Below are positions 52,144 to 64,000 of a stretch of 64,000 nt of DNA, one piece after another. The DNA is taken from positions 1 through 64,000 of the forward strand of contig JAUGWO010000049.1 in the NCBI GenBank assembly GCA_049724395.1, read 5' to 3'. The stretch comes from Spongospora subterranea f. sp. subterranea. Lineage: Eukaryota. The notes beneath the pieces are model-generated. The model worked only from the letters and a program-made list of their open reading frames with translations. It had not been told where the DNA came from and did not search any database. Both the position numbers and the translations under genes were made by a program. Each line of letters begins with the position of its first letter. The first letter of the stretch is position 1.

Positions 52144-53274
52144 TGTAGACCTTGACAGTCAATCTGTAAGGATTTCAAGGACCTCGATGAGGTGATATAA
52201 CGACGGTAACAAGAGAGTGTATTATATCCGCGACGGATCTCCGCGACGGACCAGGCCTTGAGCCGGGGTCCACACTTCCCCCTCTCAACCGAAGATGGCA
52301 GACGCCGGCTCAAGGCCTGGTCCGTCGCGGATATAATACACTCTCTTGTTACCGTCGTTATATCACCTCATCGAGGTCCTTGAAATCCTTACAGATTGAC
52401 TGTCAAGGTCTACAGAAGCTTACAGATTGACTGTCAAGGTCTACAGAGTCTACACACTACTTCAACTTGCAACAAAATGACGAAATAGTGTTTCAATTAC
52501 GGGTGCGGTACGTCGAGCAGATGATAATCGCCAAGAACGTGATGACAAGGAAGCCATCCAATCTTTGCCGGCGCAGAATCCGGGTATCCGCGTACGGATT
52601 CTGCGCCGGCAAGATTGGATGGCTTCCTTGTCATCACGTTCTTGGCGATTATCATCTGCTCGACGTACCGCACCCGTAATTGAAACACTATTTCGTCATT
52701 TTGTTGCAAGTTGAAGTAGTGTGGAGACTCTGTAGACCTTGACAGTCAATCTGTAAGGATTTCAAGGACCTCGATGAGGTGATATAACGACGGTAACAAG
52801 AGAGTGTATTATATCCGCGACGGATCTCCGCGACGGACCAGGCCTTGAGCCGGGTCCACATTCTATCACGACCCGAGTTTGGAGGTCACGCAAGATCTAC
52901 TGCAATACGTCTCTTCTGGTAATGGGTTTGTGGTGGATTCCTTTATTAAGTGCAGATTTCATGGCGACCGTTGGGAGTTGCAAGTCCGGTGGTCTGGATT
53001 CGAGGAATCCGACGTTTCCTGGGAGCCCGCCAGCAATATGGTTGAGGATGTCCCTGTTCTTGTCAAACAATTCATCAAGGCACATTCACACGATGTGCTC
53101 GTCCAGGAAATGGCGTCTGCCATCTTCGGTTGAGAGGGGGAAGTGTGGACCCCGGCTCAAGGCCTGGTCCGTCGCGGAGATCCGTCGCGGATATAATACA
53201 CTCTCTTGTTACCGTCGTTATATCACCTCATCGAGGTCCTTGAAATCCTTACAGATTGACTGTCAAGGTCTACA
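52144..53274. mobile_element. Palindromic, internally deleted chromoviral Gypsy element
   Basis: TSD CGGTC (52139-52143 and 53275-53279). 131-bp LTR 53144-53274 after PPT GAGAGGGGGAAG. Chromodomain ELQVRWSGFEESDVSWEP. Inverted LTR copies at 52144-52274 and 52731-52860; partial forward copy ~52305-52414. Confidence 0.92.
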
Positions 53275-53984
53275 CGGTCGGATCTGCTGCAATCGCGAAG
53301 TTTATTTTACAGCAGATTGAAATTTCACTTTTCAACCTTTTGAAGATGAAGTCTGTACAAGGGCGGATGGTCACTGCGTTCAAGCGGATTGCAGTAGACG
53401 TCGTGTGCCCCCCGGCGCCTTTGATTCGATCGTCCGATCGTTCGGATTGCGTCCACGATGGACGTCGAACGGCGCCCTGATTGTCGACAATGCGACAGGC
53501 GAAACGATCGAGCGCATGATAGGGCCGAATTGTTTAGAGCGGGCTTTCCCGACTTATCAAGCTGTTATCGATTCTGCCGAGCCGGTAAAAATGAAATGAA
53601 CGGCAAAGCTGAGAAAGGATCAGCAAGGAATACTGTGCCGGGAGACGTACTATCTGAAGGTGTCCCTGATTTGTAGATCAAGGATTGCTGTGCGACGCCG
53701 CCCTCGGGTACTACGGCAAATGAACGTATAGTTTATCAATTCAAAAGACGGTCAAGCTGGAGCTGAAGAACCCACATCAGTCATCGGTGTTGTTTAGACA
53801 AACGATGAAAGGCGGTGGAAATTCCTCGACGATAAGAGAAGACCGAACACTGAATATTCTAAAGGATATTCTACTGCTTGAATTGTGCTTGACGTTTAGC
53901 TGTCGTGACCGTGAAAAAATATAACTTTTGAATTGATAAACTATACGTTCATTTGCCGTAGTACCCGAGGGCGGCGTCGCACTA

Positions 53985-54480
53985 TCGGATAGTCCTTCAA
54001 AATATAGTTGCTCCAAGGTTGCCCCAGACTCTGGCGAAATGTGCCGGTGGGACAAGGATTGGGCGCAGAATGTGACATGGTTATGATCCCATTCCAGTTT
54101 GATGACGCATGGGAACTGTGCTAAATTGACACAGCTTCGCTTGGTTTTTATGGTGATGTTTCGCAATCCTGACCATGGACGTTTGATGGGCATCCGTTCC
54201 GTGTGTCGTGCACATTGCATCCTTCAACGTCATTGGCAGCTTCTCCGGCGTCGTCACCATCTGCTTCCCTTACATGCAAGCCCGCATTGCTGCAAAGGCC
54301 GCAATTATCGGTGACGGAACCAAACCCGACAACGGCTCATACGGTGTCGTCATAATCTGCAAGTGCGTATTAATCATGAAGTGCATGATGATGATCCGGG
54401 ATGCCTCCATTAATAACGAGAAGAAACGTCTTCTATCGAGGAGCGTCAAACAGTTTCCCGATGATTCCTTCGGATCGATG
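53985..54480 (-). mobile_element. MULE transposase N-terminal remnant
   Basis: FPCVIKLEWDHNHVTFCAQSLSHRHIS..LEQLYFEGLS (WRKY/FAR1-like HNH region); probably the same element as 51050-51950. Confidence 0.6.
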
Positions 54481-56105
54481 TGAAGCCAACTACGTCACAG
54501 AGCATAAAAATCCAGTTTTTTGACGTTAGGCGGTTTGTTCACTGAAATTATCATACCATTGATGCACTATTAGCTTTGATGGGTGGGTAATGGTTGTGTT
54601 CGTGAGCATTCACATGCTATGCAGAGATCTCGCTGGCTAGATTAGCGTTTGATTCTGCAACTTTCGCAAATTGCGGTACTGTCGCATACGCACTTTTTGT
54701 TTGTCCCGAATTATCAGGGGCGTGGGTCCTGGTGGGTCCCACTGGGTCCCCAGACAAATTAATTGTCGCATACCATAGATACACTACATACAGTGATTTT
54801 ATTCATCCAACAGAAGGGAAACTTCATTCCGTCAGTGTTTCGTTATTTTTTGGTGCAATATCATCCCCCATATCATTGGCGGCGTCAACTCCATATCAGC
54901 ATTTACTTACTTGGCGATACCATCTTTTGCATTTTCGGCGAACAAATTGCATCAACATAATTAATAAGCACGCGTAAAGCTACGTTTGTACAGAAAATAA
55001 ACCGTTTTTGTGATAAAATGCCGTTAATCCCGCAAAAAATGGCGTATGCGACAGTTATTATGGGACAGAGGAAGTACTATTTTCGTTTTGATTGGAATTG
55101 GGTATTGGTTGCGTTGTTGAGCACCCGCGACACTCTGCTGTAGTGCAATGCAGAGATCACGTGCGCCCGTGTGGATGGCAAGCCAGAGCCACAAACGAAC
55201 CGGTATCAAAAATAGTCGTGAAAGTGTTCCCAGTGGGAACAAGAACTTTATCACGAGTTCTAGAACAGATACTACACTTGATCTTAGCCAAAAGGCCGAG
55301 AAGGTTGACCTTAACCGGGTCATATCAGATGATTATATACTGGTGAACATTCAACACTGTATTATGGGACCTCTCACGCACATGTCACTGGGCAGACCGG
55401 ACCGAGATGACAGGTACAGTAATACATATACACAATGGTGCAGTTTTAATCAAACCGGCAGACCAAGCGAACTTGCAGCTGTATTTTCCAAATTTCTTGC
55501 AGAGGGAATACAGGCGTGACTGCACGTGCATTAGCTGGCAAAGGTAAGATAACAGGACCAAAACTCATATGGCCATTAAAAAAATCCCATAATGAGAGAT
55601 GCTATTACAGCATCAGCGGCTCTAACCTATCCCAAACATTTTTGAATCACCCGAGCAATTTAACTAAAAACTGAAACGTATGTTGGAGATGATCTGTGAT
55701 AGAAAACCTGGTGAGGCTCCGTGTCAAAAGACGACTTCGTCGCGCTCTCTTAAGTCGTGTAGCGGTCATATTCGCGACCTCAACGTTTGACTCCATCTCG
55801 ACATTTGTCAGGTCAATCTTGTACAGTCGGCCAATGCGGCTCGTAATCTCCTCGACTGACTCGTCAATGTGGAGATTATTTTTATCCTTGTCGAAGACCA
55901 CTTCTGTCGCACTGCATCGCAAGTTGTGCTCAACGAGAACAACTCAGTCGCTACGCTCGGAAACGTACAGAACCTCTCTAATGAAGACCTTACTACCGTC
56001 CCACTTCACCGTCAACGAACCTGTTATTTGGATTGGTTGCGAAAACTTTATGGACATTTAGTAAGTGAAATTTGAGCTATTTCTTTCATGTGGGTCTAGA
56101 AAATA

Positions 56106-57085
56106 CTACCTCCGTTTAAAAAATAACCGATAGATTCGGATTTTTGTTTGGAATAAGCTTATTTTTCAAGTTTGGCAATCCAATTTTTGTGGTCGCTAGC
56201 TTGTGACGCAACTTGATCTTGTCTAAAAATTGAAGCGTTTATGAGTTTTGATGGAATATCGGCGTTTGAAACTAATTTGGAGATTTGTGGGAGTGCAATT
56301 TGAGTAATGGTGAGGGTGATGTCGTTGTGATAGTTAAGTATCTTGCCTGTTAAACACCATCTTCCTCTACTACTGTATTCACTCTTGAACTGCATACTTT
56401 TCATTATCAAATGAACATCCTGCTGCCCATGAACAAGTTGCAGATGAGGAGACCAACCGGAAACGGTTAACAGTGTTAAGCAACGATGCTCGCACAGCTG
56501 TGTACCACCGCCTTTTGACGATTTTGGATATCACTGGAAAACCCAAAAAGGGGGTGTTACGGATTTGGCATCGAGGAAAAGATTCATTGGCGGCAGGAGC
56601 CACTGCATCGGTTGTATCGCATCAAAAAGGATCTGCGGGCGAAAGCCAAAAATACCCGAACATTTCTTCCGATGTCGCTGCCGTTCCTTTGAGCAAAAGG
56701 AACACCCTTAGACACTTATCTGCAGCAACGGGTATTTCTGGCGCTAGTACATCGACAACTTAAAAAAAGCATTATCCGGCGTCATACAAATTCGTTGAAG
56801 CCTCTTCTCACTGAATGTAACAAGATCGCTCTAATCAATTTTTGTATTTCGATGCTTGAGCCCTTTTCTCTTTCTACCTCACCAAAATTCAGAAAAATGT
56901 TTAACATACTGTATATTGATGAAACATGGTTTTATCTTGCTCGCGACCGCGCCACATTTTATCTGACGGCTGATGAAGAAGAACCTTATGGTTCATGCAA
57001 GGGCAAGAAACTCATCGGAAAAATCATGTTCCTGACAGCAATTGCTCGACCAAGATTTGATGACGAGGATAATTGCTTCGACTGG
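56106..57085 (+). mobile_element. DD39D mariner, 5' half
   Basis: TA-CTACCTCCGT end; VPLSKRNTLRHLS, LKPLLTECNK, ILYIDETWFY, KIMFLTAIARPRFD. Confidence 0.88.
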
Positions 57086-57208
57086 GGGTCCATCAACTGT
57101 ACAAGCTGCTCACGTGCAGGAAATTGCTGCACTTAAAGCAAAAGTGCAGCGCTTGAACGCCACGTCTCGTGCGCAGTTGAACACTTCAAGATCAAAGTAA
57201 GAACAATG

Positions 57209-57560
57209 TCATCGACTCGATGCTCCATCGCAGCTCGAGCATTTCGGTCTTGCTTCCTTGTCCCATTCGACAGCTTGGGCTGAGTCTTTGTCGGTTTGAA
57301 TGTGTTTAAGTCGAAACCGACAAATCAATATCCTTTCGATAAGGAAGTTTGCCATTCGATGACGCCAAGTTATGAAATTTGTCCCATCGAAGACCGGGAC
57401 GAAGGGTTTGCCCTCGGTGCTCATGGTGGAGCTGGGACTTTTAATCTTTACGAACGTAGTATATGATAGAAGAAGTGCTTCGACAACATCCGAGCGAACT
57501 TGATCGTACACTATGAGTGAGCCGTTGGATGTTCCAATAGCCATTGTCTAGGTAATTTCC
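57209..57560 (-). mobile_element. Copia 5' fragment (LTR end, PBS, gag start)
   Basis: PBS AGATTAAAAGTCCCA (57433-57447), ATG at 57424, MSTEGKPFVPVFDGTNFITWRHRM. Confidence 0.7.
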
Positions 57561-58089
57561 AGTCGATAATCGAAAACTTGAAACGGTCTTTCCCAAAAGC
57601 AGAGCGATGGTTACAGTGGCATTGCCATCCGCTTAGCGGTAAACTTGGCCTATCTTAACATCCTTTGGCAGTGACCTAACAACCTTACAGCGAAACACAT
57701 TTTTCCGGCGATGTCCGATTCAGATTTGTCTGCAATGCGCCCAAAGACCAACGCACAAGAATCACTGGGTGGTGACCTGCAGAGGAACGCAGTGACGAAA
57801 CATCTCACCGTTATGGGGGCGGTTGATCATATTTATCGATATGTTTCGAACTGCGAAATTGATTTCAGTCTGGATAGGGCTGGCCAACCTCTGAGGTACG
57901 TCCGTTTTCAAAGATCACGAAAGCAGTCATATGAATGATGGCAGACCCCCAGACACGTCGAAGAAGCTACGTGGCAAAAGGAAACTGCCAGGCGCCATTG
58001 GTCGACAACGCAGAAGCAAAAACAACATTTTTTCAAATTGGGAAATAAAAAATTGATTTCCAGTCTTTTGGCATCTGGTGGTCCTTCAA

Positions 58090-58580
58090 AACCGCTGACG
58101 TCGATGTCACGAACACGTGTGCTCTTGACACGTGCCTGTTGATTTTCTACTTTGCAAGAGAGTTTCGACCCATTACTATTCCGACATCGTCTAAGTTGCT
58201 CCACGAGTGCCTTGATCTGTTAGACAAGGCTGAGTACAAGCGATCCCGGTTACGGTGGATGACAGAAGCAATGGGAAAGAGACCAGAAGGGTCTGTTGAC
58301 CTGACTTGTGACGTCGTTGACGTGATTGGTCGTTTATCAGACCAATTCGCGTTCGAAATCGGGTTTGGTGCTGCCTGTAGCAGTCCGTTTTGCCCCAGGC
58401 GGAGATGTTATCTTTGGAAAAACCAGTTTTGCTGTGATCATGTACAACGGGTTCCTTTCACAGGGTTGATATTACCTCAGGGCGATGGCCTGTATTACGA
58501 CGGTATGAAGCCGTTCAAGTCTGCCCTGGGTCTGGTTACAGAGTTGCCCATAGTCTCTACAAAAAGTACCATCCTGATAT
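58090..58580 (+). mobile_element. TE-associated USP (C19)-like cysteine protease remnant
   Basis: Cys-box-like VTNTCALDTCLLIFY, CSSPFCP, and LYYDGM. Confidence 0.5.
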
Positions 58581-60655
58581 CATTTGTAATCGTTGATATC
58601 GGTTTAGGGGTCCACGTATCTTGCATGGACGCAAGCATTACTGGCGGCAGCATCAGCAGCCATGCGATACTGTAAACGACGGGGCGTCTTACGAAGAAAC
58701 CGTCGCCGAGGAAGCCTCAAATAGGGTTATCGGTGCATATTGTGTCAATGAAAGGCAAAAAGCCAGTGCCGGTTGTCCAGTTGTTTGGACGGAGCACTTG
58801 TCCACTGAGCACAAGAAGCGCGTTCGGCAGTCGACGCGACGACTGCTCTATGTTCGCCTGGTCCTACCATATTGTTCATCAATGCCTGCAAGCAGCCATT
58901 GATGAAGATGAGTTTACACTAGCTTCCCTTGAGGTAGCGCTCAAAGAGGACCTGCTGACTCGCCTGCTGACCAGGCGGTTCTTCCCTCTTTCGATATAAT
59001 CGCTGCAACTCTTGCATTGAGGCTTATTGCCTTTCATTGACACAGTATGCACCGATAACCCTTTTGAGGCTTCGTCGCGGTTTCTTCGTGGGACGCTCCG
59101 TCGTTTTCTTCACAATTTTCAGTATCGCATGGCTGCTGCTGCTTCCGTCTGTAATGCTTGCGTCCATGCAAGTACGTTGACCCTAAACCGATACCACAAT
59201 TTCATGCAGCAAGGTTTGACAAAATGATGTAAGTATGGTACTTTTTGTAGAAACTATGGGCAACTCTGCAACCAGAAGGAAATGTGAGGGTCGAGATGTT
59301 TACCCAGGGGAGGCATGGACGGCTTCATACCGTCGTAATACAGGCCATCGCCCTGAGGTAGTATCAACCCTGTGAACATCTGTGTTCTTCAACAGTTTTG
59401 GATACAAAGCACAGCAAATTTCCAGATTTGTTGCTCTTTTTCAATATGATCAGAGCAATTTTGCAGATTGGCCTTTTCAATTCCAGCAAAATATCAGATA
59501 GAGTTCAACCGACATCGTTGAGGTCACAACAAAAAGAAGACGCAGCATCAATGTGGTTTGTGATTCCGCCAAATCTGTTGATCCATGCCGTCTAGGAACG
59601 ACGAGGTCGCGACGGAGGTTTTACCTTTAATCTCGGATGGAAGACAATTGTGGTACTTTGACCACCCAAAGCACTCCAAAACCGTCTTGGTTGTTTTATG
59701 AAGCGATTCACTCTGACACAATTCATATTTGGTGATTCGTAAACACCAAGTGCATAGCCCTGATCCCCATGAACGGCATAATGGAGATTTGCAGGTTTAT
59801 TGAGTGACCAACATTGCCCAAACTGGATTGCAGGTACAGTATGAAATCCGAGAACCCTAACAAGTGTCATATCTACCCTTTGCGAAACAAATCTTCAGTT
59901 TGCGAATTAATTCGTCTGTAACTTGACCCACGACACGCGTCCTCGAACGACAATGAAAATGCGAAAACGTGGACGAATGGATTCGCGAACTAGAAACATC
60001 GAGGTTCAATTCCATTAGCACTAGAGCCGCACAACAAACCTAGTCGACTTGCATGGAACTGGTTCACATTTTCCCTTAAACTGCCTCTTTAGTGTAGTAA
60101 AATTGAACCTCGACGTTTGATTTGGCGGAATTCGTCTGGTAAATCCGTTTCAGTGCCTCAGGTTCCGAATCCGCCTGATCTTGTCGTCCCTTTTCGACGC
60201 CTTCAGCTTCGCGTCCAGTTGAGCGTCGGCCACCCAAATCCACAAGGCCTGGCGAGCTGATCCATACAGATCTAATGGGAGAAATGGGTCGATTGCCCAC
60301 GATGGACCGTATTATATAGTGTGAGTGACAACTCGCAACACAAGATTTGCATTTGCAACGCTGGGAGATACTCCTATTTCAAGGGCCATAGTAGGGAAAA
60401 GAACCTGGTCGCGCTCCAAACAGGGCAAATCACCTTCACAAAAGGTGAACGGGAATGGGTTCAATACACTCATTCGCAACGATATCCTTGTTGTGTCATC
60501 TGTTCGATCTTGCTGACTATTGAAAACCATTGTTTCACCCATTGCATGGGATTTGCGGCGGTTCTCATCTGTGGTGCTGGCACATCAAGAGCTCGTGAAA
60601 TGCCTTTACACATCACTGCATATCAAGCAATATTTATTTATATTCGTCCATGGAT

Positions 60656-61561
60656 TTATATATCTTCATCTTCATCTGATAGTTGCAAATCGGGTTTAAA
60701 ATTCATTAACAGGAATTTGTTTTTATCGAGGCCGATGCGAATTGGTTTCAGAATATGTTCTATTTCATCTATTCTTCGTTGACCTGCTATCTGTGAATTC
60801 CGGATGTCTGAGAAAATTTTGCAATTTTTGTCTTGATTCCTCTCGATCGCCTCTATTTGCATTTGTAGCTTTGATAACCTGCTCATTGCCGCTGTTTTCT
60901 CGTCGGTTAATGCCTTTGCCTCATCGGTGCATTGAACCTCCCGAATTTGTGTATCTCGTATATCTGCGATCAACGACCGCCTCTCTTCCGTCAAGATTCG
61001 TCTTCTCATAGCTAGCGTGCGATATTCTGCCAGGTACTTTTCCGCCATCAGATCATCCTCATTCTCCGCATTGATTGTCGGGGCCTCGGTGACGTCGTTC
61101 CTGCGATGTTTCACTGTTCTCTCGACCATGGCCATGAGCGGGATATTGACGGCCTTGGTTTGAATGACGAGGCGGCACAGGGGACATTTCGGCTGGCTAG
61201 CTCGCGATAAGCACGATTTACAGAATGTGTGGCCACATGGGACCAATATAATCGGTGATCGATCAGGAGACGTCATCATCTGTTGACTACATCCACATCA
61301 GTCGGGTCGGGACATCGCTGCAGGCGCGATACGCGCTCACCAGATCTCGCAGTTGAAATCAACATCATCGGATCGACCGGCGGTATTCGATATTGATGGT
61401 GTTGGGATCACACCTTCCGCGTTCGCCTGATCCGAATGGGGACCTTTCACATCGCCTGTGGAAGTTGGTGATGATGCCGCAGGGGCAGCATTCCTACGCT
61501 GGCTCATCCAGCGGTCGCGTTGCCGCTCCAACTGTTCACGCCTGGCAGCTCGTGCAGACAT
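60656..61561 (-). CDS. RING-finger (C3HC4) coiled-coil protein, putative E3 ligase; one intron
   Basis: Spliced CEIC..QQMM..SPIILVPCGHTFCKSCL..CPLCR followed by a coiled coil. Confidence 0.9.
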
Positions 61562-61936
61562 CGTGTGATGACGTTTTGGGCAATAGATCAAAAAGGTACA
61601 TGGAGGTAATAAGCCAGCGGATGTACAAGATCACACTAACAGCAAATGCTGTTGAATTTTTTGGGAAATGGTTTTTTTATTTGATATTATTCTTCTAAGT
61701 TATTGTGTAAATCTTCTCTCCAGTTGTGGCCTAAATGTATTCCAGAGGATTCGCAGACTGCCGGCGTCGCTTGATGCCTGAGTGAGTGGTCGTAGTGGAA
61801 TCAATTTCCTCAATGAATTAAGTGGCTTTTTGATCTCGGGAGGATCCCCGTCAGAATCGCTAGTTCCTCCCGTCTTAATTCACAGAAAAATTCGGTTTTT
61901 TAACTATGGTTGACGATATGGCGTCTGATGCTTACC

Positions 61937-64000
61937 TCAATTCCGGTTTGACACCGGATAAGTCGGGGTTTTGACAATTCCGTTGACTTCGCCTTGGTTG
62001 ATCAGGGTCAGGTACGTCAGCCATTGGTTAATGTCCTGGTCTATGTTTGTGGCGAGAAGTAAACTCAATGGCGACAACCGGAGATTCCCTTTCCTATCGT
62101 GCCATGACGTGCATGACACTTCAATCACATACGAGAATCTATCAACTGGAACTGATGATTTGACGTCGGCGTTTCGCAGATCGATCCTGACCCAGGGCAT
62201 CGCTGAACCTTTCTTGTCGCGTTTGATGATCTCGCCAGCTTTTTTGAATATATTGATTCCGCTGGCGTCGACATCTACCCACATCTGTCTCCATCGTGAT
62301 ATTCCTACCCCATCATCAGTCATCAGATCCTGCAGTTGAACGAGTTTACCGAGAATCCGACGATGGTGTGGTCCTTGTTTCCCTACAGACATCATGCCCG
62401 AGAACAGAACTATCTGTTCCTTGTTCTTGACGTGCATGCGGGTGATCAGTGTGGCGATATATTTGACATGACGATTGAGGATCCTCGATCGAACAAAATC
62501 CAGGAGGAACCCGCTGGAGAAGGTGATGGTCTTGATGCAAGCAGTCTTACGATTATCTGACGCCGGCAGCGAGTGTCGTTTGATATCGCGGCTGCCGACA
62601 ACAACAGGTCGCAGGATTTTGCGATTCAGCAGTCCTTGAACCTCCCGAAACAGAATGGCTTGATGCTCATCAATGGGGTAACCGGCCTCAATCATCTCAT
62701 AGGTGAACGTCTGTCCTAACACGCTAGCCACTTTCAAGATCATCCTCTGACAATGCGATAGGGAATCGACCTGCCATGAACGGGATGATGTCAGTATTCA
62801 AAACGATTGGATTCGGGGGATTTTTCGCAAACTGACCAGCTCTCCGAGCGTGTTTTGTAAGGTGAATGGCACTGAGAACACAGGCTCTTTGGAGAATTCC
62901 TCGGAGATGTACAAATCGAACTCTCCGGTTGATTTCCGGTTAGTGATGCTGACATGACCGTGTCGCTGGATCGAATAAACCAATTCTCTGCATATCATTG
63001 GATTGCCCTCTGACTTAGCCAGAATCGGTGCCAGAATCTGTTCAGGGACCGTCGAGATTTCTAGAATGTCGGCGATCAGGTTGCTGATGAAAGTGTCGGG
63101 GCAGACGTGGCAGATGAACATTGGCAACAGCGGGATTGGATACGATCTCTTTCATCTCTGGGACCTGCCAGTTCATCGCCAATGATGACGCCGATCGAAG
63201 GGCCATTCCCACGAACAACCCTACCATAAACCTTTTACTTCGTGGTTCATCAATGGCAAACAGTCCAACCTGTGCATTTCCTGGCAATAAGCGCTGATAG
63301 AACCTGACACGATTTCCTGTTCAGAAACTGGGCGTTATCGATCAGGACCGCAATTGGATCGCAGCGCGCCACGAGGGAAATCAGCCGAACGATCTGGTTG
63401 ATCAACGGTGTCTGTGCCGATGGCAACGGTGATGAAGTCTTATCATCGTCGTCAAATACGAACCTTATCAGCTGATCTCGGTCAGATTTATCCGATTGCT
63501 GTAATATTCGCTCAATAAAGGCTCGGCGTCGATCCTCGCGATCTTGTTCGTTCTCGTCATGATCCGACTCTTGTTCTCGACAAAGCAGGTTGTCAATAAT
63601 GGATATGACGATCTGCCCATGGCTGAGATCACATGTCCCAAGAGCGAACGATGATGAGGTACCTGTCGCCAAACGAACAGATCCCGGTTGGATGGCAATT
63701 GTGACCCACGACCGCAAACGACCGATAACGGTGATGTGCAAATGGTTGACGCCAGGAGATGGGTCTTCCCTGATCCCAGATCGCCCTCCACCACGACACA
63801 TTGCATCACTCCCGTATTCATCAGACTATTGACATGACGAGCGAGCGCGATCCGCTCCGTATTTCTCCCTGATTCTGCGATCAGCACACGACGATCGCGG
63901 GTGATCTTGTCGAACCTTGATTGACGTTATCGTCGTCGGCGATGATGGACGTGGTCAACAGCAGAGCCAGATACCTGCTTGAATCGGATTCGATATCAAA
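61937..64000 (-). CDS. STAND P-loop NTPase (ADCY10-like AAA region) with C-terminal PH-like segment; 5' end outside window
   Basis: GRNTE, Walker A GDLGSGKT, Walker B VLIDNAQ, SEGNPMICREL, VDSL..QRMILKVASVLGQTF; then WRQMWV..INIFK..IDLRNA..DINQWL. Confidence 0.75.

Noticed and set aside
54700..56080. hAT-like end (CAGGGGCGT) and nearby ORFs
   Set aside because: No partner TIR, TSD or convincing catalytic motif found.
59590..60640. Possible small gene next to the RING gene
   Set aside because: Could not build a consistent spliced model or recognise any motif.

Overview
Eukaryotic nuclear DNA from an intron-rich, flagellated protist. Introns are about 45-65 nt (GT-AG), and the cilia genes enkurin and CFAP210-like are present. 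A plasmodiophorid/phytomyxid or similar SAR lineage is plausible but is inference only. Layout: (i) 1-11.6 kb, an intron-rich ankyrin-repeat locus built from symmetric phase-2 exon cassettes, split by TE debris at 1.4-4.1 kb. (ii) 11.7-24 kb, a nested TE graveyard (MULE, chromoviral Gypsy, a GCM-like TIR element, Tc1-like, DD39D mariner pair, USP-like fragment, 120-bp minisatellite) plus an AT-rich Polinton-like-virus fragment. (iii) 24-50 kb, host genes (YHM2-like carrier, CFAP210-like, copine, C2H2 protein, translin, AP-4 beta, enkurin, MFS transporter), two U1 snRNA genes and a rearranged Copia. (iv) 50-60 kb, a second TE cluster including a palindromic Gypsy. (v) 60-64 kb, a RING protein and the 3' part of a STAND NTPase. 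Most notable: the ankyrin exon-cassette array with variation focused on binding-surface codons; TE relics repeatedly folded into inverted repeats while host genes are not; three Copia families with half-tRNA-Lys primer sites; the endogenous virus fragment; and a U1 snRNA with two extra hairpins. Isolated 1-nt frameshifts in conserved genes suggest assembly indel errors, so pseudogene calls are cautious. All calls come from motif recognition by eye, and many boundaries are approximate.
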